From assembly GCA_000004985.1 (NCBI GenBank), contig GG738876.1: a stretch of DNA of 64,000 nucleotides; one strand, given 5' to 3'. Shown here one piece after another: positions 10,305-22,363 of the stretch; within the stretch, counting starts at the first letter, position 1, and each line of letters begins with the position of its first letter. Position numbers and translations under genes: made by a program. This DNA comes from Naegleria gruberi. Taxonomy: Eukaryota. The notes beneath the pieces are model-generated. The model saw only the letters and a list, made by a program, of their open reading frames with translations. It was not told where the DNA came from and searched no databases.

Positions 10305-12847
10305 ATGGATGCCTTCACTTGTGCATCTACGGATCAAAATAATCCATCTGTTGGTGGTGGTGTGGAAGCAATTGCTGATTCACCAATTCAAGTTACCACC
10401 AACTTACTCAACGATAATAAGAAAACAACAAAAAACAGTGCAGCCTTGATGCTCTCAAACCAACCGATACCACAATTACATGCATCCACTACTATCACCA
10501 ACACCACTTCTGATATGAACATCAAGATGAGAAGACATGAACAAACTGATGTATCAGCCTCACCTGAAGATGATGAAGATGATGAAAGTCATCACGAATA
10601 TGGGTCTTCGCTCTTTGAAATGAAGCCAGCATCAGGTGTTAAGCCAATTCATAATAATATTAATACTAATAACATTGATTATCAACAACAAGAACCTAGT
10701 ATGCGTCCTCTTTCCGATGGGGGTTCACTTAATCACATGCAAGATGATGACAATAATACACATGCAACAATGATGAACATCAACGACATCCCATCTAATG
10801 CAACATCCACATCAGCATTAATACCATCCATTACATTTACACATGATAGTGGTAATAATAACGATACATCATCAATGTCTAATGCGAGTAGTGTAAATCA
10901 TCAAAATACCACATCTAATTCATCAAACAATAATAACATGTTTGTAACACATGCATCAACATCAGGTAAAATAACATCATCAAAAGGGGGAAAATCCATT
11001 AAATTTCAAATGGAAAATCCATCTGATCCAAATTATAAAAGTGTAACTCAGAAATCAAATTATAAGGATATATCACTTGAGGACATGAGCAAGTATTTTC
11101 AGTAAGTATTAATTATACTCTTAATAATTAACTCAATAAGCCTTCCTCAAACACAGGTATGTTTATTAATGGATTTGAAGTTCTAATATTTGGAATATAT
11201 AATTACATGTTGAATTGTTTTGGAATAATTATTACATTATTTAGGCAGCTGAATTGTTAGGAGTTAGTTTAAGTGAGTATTGCTATTAATATTGTTCAAT
11301 AATTAATCAATAATTATTAAGGTACTTTAAAAAGGAGGTTTTATTCATTTGGAATAGGAAGATGGCCAAGTTATGAAAATAATGGTGTGTCCACTGTATT
11401 ATTATCATCTCTATCCAATCAATCCAATCCAAATCTCAATAATATGAGTGGTGGTGGTATGCCTACTCAAAATAATATGTTAAATATTGTATCACCTGGT
11501 AATGGAACAAGTGCATCCACTCATGTACCTTCTAATGCAATATCGACAAATAATGTTTCACATCCAAATACATTGCATGTTCTTACATCTGCATCATCTA
11601 ACATGTCTTCAAATGTACCTAAACATGTTTCTCCAGATGAGCATCATTATTCCACCCCATTGTTGCAACCTCAAACAACACAACCCCAACTACCTTCTTC
11701 AATAATACATACTCCATCCAAATCGAGTTCAACCTCTTCGTCATCTTATCCATCAATGAATCCTACAATGAATCCTGCTAAGGTATCAACAACTCCAAAC
11801 ACTAGAGTATTTACCCATGAACATCAATATGTCAGACATTCACCTTCAACTCCACCAAATGAACGCCCACAAAGCTCTAACATGTATGAAGAACATGATG
11901 AATCTATTATAAATCATTATCAACAAAAGACACAAACACCACAGGAAGTTCACATTCATCACCACCATTATCACATTTATCAACAACCTTATAATGAATA
12001 CATTTATCCTCCATCCTCAAGCAGTAGGTATTCACATCATCCACCACCTCCACCAATATCATCCTCAATGCCGTATCACCATGTTATGGATGGTACTCGA
12101 AGACCATATCCACCACCTCCACCATCATCACATTCATATCAACACTCTAGAAGCAATAGCTACCATTACTATCCTCCAAGCTCACCAACTTCTCCAAACA
12201 GAGAACGAAACGCACAACATGCCTCCAATCAAACTGTAGTGCAAGGTTCACAGCCACTAGAAAGGCCAAAAAACCAACCAATTCCTATAGCTTCGAATAT
12301 GCAAATAAGGAAGTCATCCTTATTAGATCCCGGTCCACCAGAAACAACCAGACAAAAATCTCCTTCTGAAACCTCTGAAACCTCTCACGAAGACTTTAAT
12401 AGAAGATTAATTTCAAAGTCTTATTTATATCATCCCTATCAAAAACAAACAGGAAATGTTAATTATTATAGACCTATCTCTCCAGAACCACAACCAGTGA
12501 ATGTTTATTCTTCAAGACATGAACCTCCTCCTCCTTCACCATCCACAGCAACACCACAACTACCACAACATCATCATCATTATTCCTCATTTTCTGGTGG
12601 AAATGGTGGATATCCAAGTGGGGAAGGAAAATATTATCATCCAGGTCCAACACATCAAAGTGACCATCAATATGAACCTCTTCCTCCTCCTCATGTTTAT
12701 TCATCATCTTCTACACACCAACCTCCTCCTCATTACTATACTCCACGACATTCTTCAAATTCACCAAATTGGGAAGATAACTCATTAAGGAAGGAAAATA
12801 ACATTGGAAATAATACTAGTGCAAGACAATATCATAATACTCGTTAA
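10305..12847 (+). CDS. Low-complexity His/Pro/Ser/Asn-rich protein. Exon 1 is 10305-11101. A tentative 260-nt intron (11102-11361) joins exon 2, 11362-12847. The two ORFs could instead be separate genes
   Basis: ORF1 has a true ATG and its stop TAA lies within a GTAAGT (donor at 11102, phase 2). AG at 11360-11361 (or 11369-11370) restores the frame of the 1.46-kb downstream ORF, whose track 'M' is a GTG. Both parts share S/T/N/H/P composition with poly-His and PPPP tracts. Confidence 0.45.
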
Positions 12848-13867
12848 TAATACCAGAAATTTAATGATGTACTGAGGCTTAAATGTTCGACATAGTGCCA
12901 ATACCCTTTTGGTAGATAAATTAAATCACCAGGTTGTAAAACAAATTCGCATAATAATTTTGCATTGTTGAAGAGTGGAAAATCTTCAACTTGATTCAAT
13001 TCTTGAATTTTGGAAACACTAAATTCTTTAGAATTTCTTTTAAAATTGCTACTTACTGCGCATATTTACTTTCCATTCCAAATGGATAAAAGTTAACTCC
13101 CTTTTCAAATTGGATTATATTTGACGATAAATATATTTTAAACATATTTTAAATATATATAGTTTAACATGTGAACTTACTTCTTGTGGTTCATATAATT
13201 TCCATAACTTTTCACCATAAATTTGAATGAATAAATTATCTACAAGTGGTCTATCATAATGTAATGTTGTTCTTGTTCTTGTTGTTCCTAAAAAGAATGA
13301 ATTAGCTCCCAAAATTGAATAAGGTGAAGAATTAAATAAATTTGGAATTGTGAAATCATTACTCAATCCAAGCAAATCTCTTGTTGGAACTTGTTGTAAA
13401 TATAACCAATGAGAATTAACACATTTTCTTGTTTCTTCTTGAATTTTTAAATGATCAATCACTTGATCAAATTTCATTTTCTTTAATTTTCATCATTAAA
13501 TAATTTTAGCACTCAATTTAATTACCTTTTCATAATTGGGTGGATGTGATAATCCATTCTCTCTCAATTCACTAACAAATACATCAAGATTATTAAATCT
13601 ATTCTTCCAATAATTTAACATTTCCAATTCTCGTTCTTTCATTTCCTTTACCATTTCTTCTTGATTTGATGAAGAAATTCCCAATTGCCATTCTTCTTTT
13701 ACCTTTTTCCATTCCGAATCTTCACTTCCAAAGAGTGAAATATAATTTTTAATAATTACTGGTTTTCTAAATTTAATGTATTGATTATAAAATTCCTCCG
13801 ATGTTGGAATTTGATCTTTTCCATTAAATTCTAGTACTGTAACAGATCCTTCCAAGATTTTGACCAT
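12844..13867 (-). CDS. JmjC-domain protein, JMJD7-like. Four exons: 13867-13526, 13480-13181, 13096-13057 (40-nt microexon) and 13001-12844
   Basis: Motifs align to JMJD7: FYNQYIKFRKPVIIKN, ANSFFLGTTRTRTTLHYDRPLVDNLFIQIYGEKLWKLY, FIHLEW, and LQPGDLIYLPKGYWHYVEHLSLSTSLNFW. Donors are GTAATT, GTAAGT and GTAAGT. Introns are 45, 84 and 55 nt. ATG at 13867 (the track start at 13918 is a GTG). The stop overlaps the stop of the convergent gene. Confidence 0.7.
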
Positions 13868-14396
13868 TTTTTTTAAGAGTTGTTTTATTGTAAAGAGTTT
13901 AAAGTTACTTATTTTCACCAGAAATGGAAATTAAGTTGACTAGAACGAATAGTTGTCATCTTTACAAAAAGTAAATTTCAAATAGTAAACACGTTGTAAT
14001 TCAATTTAGCCATCATACTCATTGAAATTCATTATCCACAATTGATTTCAAATGTGTTTCACTAGTCCGCAATTTAAATTCCAATCTCTTTCATAATAAT
14101 ACTTGCATTCATTAATATCATCATTGGAGTGCATTATTCAATCAAAATAGAATAAACAATAAGAATCTTCAATTAATAATGAAAATTTTATTATTGAGAA
14201 TTCAAATGTTTTTCAAGGAGATAAAATTTTATCAACGTTTTTAATGAGAAATTACAAGAGAAATCAACAAACGGAAGAATACAAAAAAAAACAACTTATA
14301 ACCCAATAATATTGTTATCCAATTTATTAATTGGTAGTTTTCATTCTGATTGAATATAATAATAATTTGAAACATCATTTCGAATATTAAAAAAAT

Positions 14397-15197
14397 ATGA
14401 AACATCAGTGTTGCAATCCTTCTTCCGATGCTCATCCAAATCATCATCACGATGATAATGGAGAACATAATTTGATTCTGGAAACAAATGGTAAAAATCA
14501 TTTTGAAGTTCCACTCATTGAAAAGGATAAAGTTTCCTCACTTTCGAATGAAGAAAAGAAAAAGATATTCGAAAATTGTGTAAAGAATATGATAACATTA
14601 ATGGGTGAAGATTATGAAAGAGAGGGTTTAGTAAAAACACCATCAAGAGTATTTCACAGTTTTGAATCATTATGTGAAGGTTATAATGTTAAAGATCCAA
14701 AAGAAATTTTAGGAAAAGCCTTATTTAGGTAATTTTTTTATTTAATAATTTTACAATAATTTTAAAAATAATTTTTTAATATATATAATTAAAATAGTTC
14801 AGATAATTCACAAATGGTAGTTATTAGAGATATTGAAACATATAGTTTATGTGAACATCATTTATTACCAGTTATAGGAAAATGTCATGTTGCATATATT
14901 CCAAATGGTAAAGTTGTTGGACTTTCAAAAATTCCACGACTTGTCGATGTCTATGCTAGAAGATTACAAATTCAAGAAGAATTAACTGAACAAATAGCTC
15001 AAGCAATTGTTGAGACAATTCAACCTGAAGGAGTTGGTGTGGTTATTGAAGCTAGACATTTATGTATGGAAATGAGAGGTGTTAAAACTACTCAGTCAAC
15101 TACAATTACTTCTTCTTTAAAAGGACAATTTTTAAAAAAGGAAACTAGAAAGGAATTTTTTGATATTATTAATAGAAATGCTTCAAATAGATTGTAA
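14397..15197 (+). CDS. GTP cyclohydrolase I. Exons 14397-14728 and 14798-15197, with a 69-nt intron
   Basis: [57 protein letters not shown] and [18 protein letters not shown] are hallmark GCH1 motifs. Donor AG|GTAATT at 14729 and acceptor AATAG| at 14797 keep the frame. Confidence 0.85.
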
Positions 15198-16252
15198 ATA
15201 ATTTTTAACAATGAGAGAGTTATAAATATATTAAAATTTATAACATTTTAAGAGATAATTTTATAAATGGTAGAATTGATGTTAATATCCAGATTCTGTT
15301 GGCGAATTGTTTGATTGTATTGTCTATTCTAATTGTTATTGAAATCATATTCTTACGAATGATAGAGTTAATCTGTGAATTGACTTGAGATAAACAATTT
15401 AAGAAAGTTGGCATGATAAAAAAAAACATTGAGCTTTCGCTTATGTGTAAGTTGAATATTTAAACAATCTGCCAATACTCAAACCATCTCTATCAATGAC
15501 AGTAGGCGATAGCTTACTTAATAATTGCACATGAAAAAAAGAGTGACAATAACTTCTTTGAACATTTTTAATGAATTGTTTATCATTACAGTGAAATTGT
15601 ATGAGTTCTGGGAATAATTATTGGAATAATTGAGGTATAATGGAGGAATAGGAAGGTAAATTTACCTCATTCCCCATAGAGGCATGATTTCTATATTGTT
15701 TAGATTGTTGAGGTCATCAAAAAGCAAGGCTCAATGTTATCTTCAGCCATGAATTTAAACTTTAATTTGAATTATCTAAATATAATGAAGAGAATGGTTC
15801 ACTTTCACGGTAGTTTAAAGATTCTTAAGCTGCATTGAGAGATTCACTATAATTATAATCCAGAATGTGCTTGATGTAGATTGGAGTATGGTATATGACC
15901 ATTTAAAAAAGGGAAATGAAGAACCAAATATCCTTGATTCGGTGGGTAGAATCCAACTCTTTTCTTATTGAGATAAATGCGAATCCAAATATTAAACCAT
16001 CAACTTGTTATTAAACACCATTTTCACAAGTCCAACAAATTCACCTAATAAGGAAAGATATGATGACACTTGTTTGGCAATTCAGTCGCCCACTCATTTC
16101 AGTAGACCTAAATGTAACTTTTCTCGCTAGTTGTCATCTTTTGTTTATGGAAGAGTTGCCCTACACCAACCATCATCATCATACTGAGTGTCATTGTCTT
16201 TCGAATTAACTGTTTATTTGCTCAATCATGAAAAAAACACCAAAACAACACA

Positions 16253-16798
16253 ATGAGTAAACCGCATGCTGATTGTTTTCTGTTGGATTGTACTTCTTCT
16301 CCTACTAGTTTATTAGATCCACCACTTTTAAAGTTGGACATTGTTGATTTTTATTATTGTTATCTCCATTTACAAAATCAACAATCTTTCTCTAACAACT
16401 GTTTGAACCGTGTTAGCTTGTCTGGTCGGATTTCAAATGAGTTTAGTTCATCATCAATATTAGGTGATGGTTGCTTTAATACATGTGTCAATGAACAAGC
16501 ATGTCAAACAGCAAACAATCTCAATGTTTCATCTTCACAAAACGAAAAACTACTTCAAAACAGTAGAGTTTGTACAAACTCTAAAAAGCAACAGAAATAT
16601 TCGTCATCAAACCACAGCAGTGCATGTTTGAAAAAACCAAAAAAACAATTTACCAATCACAGTCTTTACATTGAACAACATTCAAAGAGAAGAAGTTTAT
16701 ACATTAGAAAGAATTCCAATAATCATAATAATCCAATTCAAAATTCCATGCAAATGAATTTTCCAGTATTAACCTTTCACACATTTGTATTAGAATAA
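16253..16798 (+). CDS. Hypothetical 181-aa Cys/Ser-rich protein
   Basis: ATG-initiated ORF with no recognisable motif. Convergent with Spt6, 76 bp between stops. Confidence 0.3.
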   Translation: MSKPHADCFLLDCTSSPTSLLDPPLLKLDIVDFYYCYLHLQNQQSFSNNCLNRVSLSGRISNEFSSSSILGDGCFNTCVNEQACQTANNLNVSSSQNEKLLQNSRVCTNSKKQQKYSSSNHSSACLKKPKKQFTNHSLYIEQHSKRRSLYIRKNSNNHNNPIQNSMQMNFPVLTFHTFVLE

Positions 16799-16874
16799 AG
16801 AGTACATGCTACAAGACATTGTTTCCATAAAACTATCAACCCTAGTATTAATTACAAATAATAAATTATATAGT

Positions 16875-19800
16875 TTATTCCCATTGTCCACCTTGGTGAC
16901 TTGGTTGAACTCGGTTAGATGCATCAGATTGACATAATTTCTTGAATGCATTAATTAACTTTACAGTATCTTTGAATTGTCTTCCAGCAAAGTAATAACC
17001 ATCAGGTGTAACGGTGAATGATTTTTCTTGGAGTGTATGTCTTCCAGGAAGATAGAAGAAATAGAACCTTGCTGCTTTGGAAGTACTCATGACAATCTTA
17101 TATGGGATAACACTTGGATTCTTTTTCTTTTCTTCTCTCAAATGAACCTTCAATTCATCTCTGTTACCATTAAAATACTTGCTACTGGACATTAATTGAT
17201 TTGAATATTCCATTAAACTTTCAACACAATAAAAGATAACTTCATCCAAGTCACTAAATATCTTTCCATTAACTTTAAGGGTACTACCAAGTGAATTGAT
17301 ATCCTTTCCTTTCTTTTCTTCTTCAATATCATAGTTGATATAAAGATTAGTGCTAAATTTAAATGTGATAGCTAAATGGTCATATCCCTTACTACTTGGT
17401 CGAATGACTAATTCACCAGGACCCTTATCAGCTAAGAAGGCAACAGCTTGAGAATAATCAAAGTCTTTAAATTGTGGATGGTCAATTTGTCTGTGGAATC
17501 TCTTCTTTGAAGGGGCTGATTTACGGTGTTGATCCATAATAGATTCTGCCTTTGGTGCATAGATATCTTCTTTTGGAGGTACAAGATGTACTTTGAATTG
17601 CTTGTATTCAACTCTTTCAATTTCAAAGTATCTTTCTTCTCCTTCCCTTAGAGAGACATTTCGGTTATACAATGCAATAACACCATAAAGACCATTATCT
17701 AATTTACAAAATATGATTCTTTCGCCAACGGTTACAACTGTAGCAAACACTTGTTGACCAGGTGCCAAAGACTTTTTAGTTTCATGAGTCACAAGTTCGA
17801 ATACCTTCTCGTCATCATTGTTGATACTCTTGAATTCATATCTAGGGTCTTTGAATGGATATTTAAGTTCTTCCTTGATATCCTTCAAAGTAATATGAGT
17901 CTTACCATAATTTCTCTTTTCGAGTTCGTCAGCATAGGCATCCAAATCTAATTCGTCCAATGCTTGAGGCTTTTTGAAGATTTTGTGAATCTTTTCAGTC
18001 TTTAAATTTTCAGTTTCCAGACCATCTTCAGCCATTTTCTTAGCAAGAGGATAAGACAATAAGTGAACTCTGGTAGCATCGATAACCTTGAAAGCTCTGG
18101 CCATAGAGTCTCTGGCAGCAATAGTTGGTGGTCTTCTTACAATCAAGAAACCAATACTGTTCAAAGCAACATTTCGTTGTTCGTTCAGGATATTGTTAAT
18201 AGATTCTCTGTCAGAGACGCTATCTTCTTGTTTGATCTTATTAATTAAGAGTTCTGCCTTTCTTGGACCCAAACCACTGAGGAATCTCAAAGTTGGTTGT
18301 AATTGAGGGAACAAGACAATTCTATTAATTTCTACACCAACACGGTTAACAACTCTAACAAGAGACTTTTCAAGTGACTTTACAAGTTGTTCTTTTGGAA
18401 CCATATCTTGAAGCTCATGGAACTTGTAACAAAGGAGTTCTTCGTTATTAAAAAGTCCACAAATTTCTGTCAATGGATCTCTCAATCTTCTACCAACAGA
18501 AATAGCTCTTCTAACTACGTTATTTTCTTGTGGATATTCATTTGTAGCTCTTGATGAATTTTCATAGATTCTTGCAATATCATCAGGAACGATTTCATAG
18601 TTAATGTTGAAGATTGTACCTCCTTGTTTTGTACGTTCAAAGGCTTCTTTCATTTTCTTGAAAATCAAACCTCCACATGCAGCCAAAGCAACAACAGATG
18701 GTTGATGAGATGCGATCATATCATTTACACTCTTGACCATAGAGTCGATCAGTTGCCTGTCAGAATCGCTAGTATTACCAGTTGTGTGAGGATGGCCAAT
18801 TGGCCAAACTTTCTTATCAATCATAGTACCATTTTCATCAAGCATAACCCAAGTTGTCTTTTCGCCTTCTTCACCACCAGGAACACAACTGAGGATTTTG
18901 TATTTGGTTGGTCTTGGCTTTTCATCTTCAAAGAATTCGTCATAATCAAACTTAGCTCTTGGGTTATTACCATAAGGACTCTCTTCAAACAACATCTTTG
19001 TTAAATTGGATTCACACAAATCAGAAACAAAGTCTGCAGCCTTATTTCTAAGAATAGTTTTTACAGAATGTTGAATAGTTTTGTTCAAAATACCCTTTGC
19101 TTCTTCAATAATCTTAATTCTTTGTTCATTCCATAAAGTTGCAATTTGAGAGTGCTTTTGGCTCAAATAAAGCACATCTGCTTTTAACAACCCATCAAAG
19201 TGTCTATCTTCTAAGAATAAAGATACCTTGATAAGACCTAGATTTTCGTACTTCAATAATTTAAGGAAGCTTTCCTTATTGTCATGAGCATATCTGACGT
19301 GAGCAGCCCATTCATCTCTGAACTTGGTAAACATGGTTCTACCATCTTCTAAGAGAGAAATAATATCCGAGCCTTCAACAGATTTACCCTTCTTGGTCAA
19401 TTTCACTTTGATAGTAGAATTATTTTCAAAGCAACGACGAACTAGCTGTCTGATCTTAGGTTCATGAGCAATTTGGAATGCACAAATATGTCTTGCACCC
19501 CCCAAAACACTTTCAATACTTTCAAAAGTTCTAGTTTTAAAAACTTCAGCAGCAGAAGCAGGATCAAGTGCATGATCTTGGGTTTCAACAATTTGGAAAG
19601 TACTTTCTAAATTTTCAGCATATTGATATGATGAAAGAGACATTTGTGATGCTAAAATTGCCAAACCCTCTTTCTTAGCCATAGTATATAAATCTCTCTT
19701 AGTAGGTCTCTTTAGGGTAGTAAGTTGATTTTCTGATTCTTCATTGAGAACAGTAGTAAAATGAAGATGATAGTCGTTAATCTCATCCAAAGTTTCACTT

Positions 19801-20923
19801 CCTTCAAAATATGCCAAATATTCGGTAGGTATGACTGACTTTGCATTATCATACAAGAGCTTGAGTTTACTCTTCTTTGATTGAAGAATACACCACTTCT
19901 CGTCCCATTCAAATATTTTCCATAAATCTCTATCATTTCCAAAACTATCCTTATATAAAATATGTTCAAAGTCCTCTTTCTTATATTGTGCAATATATGG
20001 AATATCATATCTTAGTTGCAAAATAAATCTTAAGACCTTAATAATAGTTTCAACAAATAAATTTTTAAGAGAATTATATCTATCTCCTTCTAATCCAGAA
20101 TATTTGTCAATACTAAGTTCGGCTTCAGATTGAAAAACTTGAGTATAAATCCAACAAGCTTCATTATATAATTCTTCTTGTTCAATTTGTCTAATTCCTT
20201 GTCTTAATAAAATTCTTTCAGGGACATCTTCATTTCTAATTCTTTCGTCTTCATCAGTCAAGAACTTTTCGACTAGCAAATCAGGACCATAAATATCCTT
20301 CAAAGTAACTTTTCTTTCATAATCATCTTCTTCAGGATACATATCATCATACATGTCATCCTCATCTCCCGAACCGAAGATATCTACATCATCATCGTCT
20401 CTATCAATAAAATCGGATTCATCTCCATCATCATCATCATCAAAATGTTCAGGTTCCTTTGATGGTTCTTTTACTTGTTCTACTTGTCTCTATTTTTTTG
20501 TCAATCCAAATTACTAGTACTATTCTACTTACACGAAGATCATCAACTTCTTTTGATAAAAGATCTCCTTTTTTAAGTCTTTTAAACTTTCTTTTCTTTT
20601 TAGAAGGATTAGCTTTTCTCTTTAATGTTTGTTCTCCTTGATCAAAAGGATCAATATATGGTGGAGGTACATTATCATCTTCCTCATCATCATCTACGAT
20701 AAAACCATCCTTTTCAAATTTATCAAGATCTTCATTTTCTTCCTCTTCCTCACTATCTTCATCATCATCTCGGGTTGGTTGTTCAGCAACTTCCTCATCA
20801 TCCAACTCGGCTTCCTCTTCAATGTAATCTTTTCATTGTAAACAACAAAAATAACAACCAATCATCATTATCCGCTAATTATACACTCCTCTTCATCAAA
20901 TAATACTTACCCTTGCTGCTCAT
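16875..20923 (-). CDS. SPT6: Transcription elongation factor Spt6. Exons 20923-20911 (13 nt), 20828-20533 and 20456-16875
   Basis: Acidic N-terminus with GFIVDDDEEDD as in yeast Spt6. S1 and tandem-SH2-like C-terminus (FHRQIDHPQF..ELVIRPSSKGYDHLAITFK). Neither long ORF has an in-frame ATG. A micro-exon ATGAGCAGCAAGG followed by GTAAGT (phase 1) joins through an 82-nt intron, and a second 76-nt intron (CGT|GTAAGT ... CAAAG|) links the acidic exon to the main ORF. Confidence 0.85.
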
Positions 20924-21215
20924 GATGACTCTTGTTGTTGATGTATTTTTTTTTAAATTTTTTAAATTGCAAGTTTTTTCTCTTCTAACAATAAACCTTC
21001 AAGCAAGCTTGGATTAGTGCAGCGAAAATGTTGCAATTTTATTAAAGAGAAGTATGCAAACCAAAAAGTAATATTCTTCAAATGTACCACCGATAGTAAC
21101 GTATTCTTGTTGTGTATATTGCTACTTGATCCGAAACAATATGAGGATCAAATGGCAATAAATTTCTAAAGAAATACAACAAATTCTTGTTGTGTATTAA
21201 ATTTGATGTTCAGAA

Positions 21216-22161
21216 TTATTTCAAATTAATGAGAGGAATGTCAATTTCACCATCTGCTGTTGTAATATGAACCATTGGAGCCTTTCTAACAACTAAACCT
21301 AAATATTTCAGATACCATGTAATTATTTGTGTTAAATAGAAATTAAAATCCACAATATGTCCTGAAATTTCATTATATTTAAAGTCCTTAATATTATCCA
21401 GTAATCCATTCATCAAACATTCAGTTGCTCTTTCTTTAATTTCATCTGCTGTCAAATCAAGTAAATATGCAGATGCTCTATACAATGAAAGTGTCACATC
21501 CTTCTCTGAAACTCCAACAACTAAATCCAAAGTAATTTGAATTTCAACACCATCTTTTGAATAAACTTTAAATTTGTCAAATTTCAAATTAATTGGTTCC
21601 TCAGTGATGTATCCAACTTCTTGCCAAGGATAAATGAATCTACCAACTGGAAATGGTTGATTATCAGGTATTGTATATAAAGTTCTAATGATATCATTGT
21701 CTCCTTGTTTCGGACCTTCTTGTTTTCTATAAATTACTAAAACTTTTCCATGTTGTGAACTTTTAACTCTTCTCAAAAAGTAAAACTTGTATAATGAAAA
21801 TCCCACAGCACATCCAGCAAGTGCAGGAAGAACCATTTCTAAAATTGATAATTGTGTGTCACAATCATTTGATTAGAAAAAACCTACTCGAATAATCAAA
21901 ATTTAAATCTCTCATCATTATTGAAAAGGTTGATTGTTTCTTTTGTTCTAAACATTGATTAGGATCCAAAGGATTTTCATTGTCATCCAAATTGGCTTCT
22001 AAACATTTTCTTCTGTAGAGGAAAAAACTCTTTCCAGGAATGTTTTCAAATTCCGATTTAACTTTATAAACAATTGGTGCTGCTGCTCCCACTGCTACAA
22101 AAGAACAAAAGAAAAAGAACCTTCTAAACTCTGGTGTTTTGAACAATTCTCCAACATTCAT
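21216..22161 (-). CDS. Membrane protein with a weak SPFH/band-7 (flotillin/prohibitin-like) resemblance. Exons 22161-21888 and 21838-21216, with a 49-nt intron
   Basis: ATG at 22161, N-terminal hydrophobic segment, then GTAGGT donor (phase 1) and TTTAG acceptor joining in frame to the 206-aa ORF. The family call is tentative. Confidence 0.5.
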
Positions 22162-22363
22162 TTTTTTAATTACTTTCTTTTTTTTTAAAATTGTTAATTA
22201 ATATTAATGGATATTTAGTATGATGAAGGCTAATTGTGGAAAAATTAATGATAACAAGCTTGATGTTTAAAAGAGCTTCATGGTTGACTTGAAGCAAAGT
22301 AAAAATGGTTCAATTAATAGAACATTCAGAACCTTAAAAGATAACAAGACCAATTATCCTTAT

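Noticed and set aside
12851-12990. Extension of the JmjC gene by a further intron at TGG|GTATTA past the YY stop
   Set aside because: It would require coding exons antisense to the His/Pro-rich gene, and none is found. JMJD7 orthologues have only a short tail after the NFW block, so termination at 12844 is adequate.
20449-20841. Separate small acidic gene, as the track suggests (118 aa, 20449-20805)
   Set aside because: Its sequence (GFIVDDDEEDD, NLS-like KKKRKFKRLKK) is the Spt6 N-terminus, and it is joined in frame to the Spt6 body by a 76-nt GT-AG intron.
21050-21200. 15-bp direct repeat attcttgttgtgtat (21103 and 21182) and 7-bp stem ttgatcc/ggatcaa in the Spt6 upstream region
   Set aside because: Too short and isolated to call a regulatory element or mobile-element terminus.
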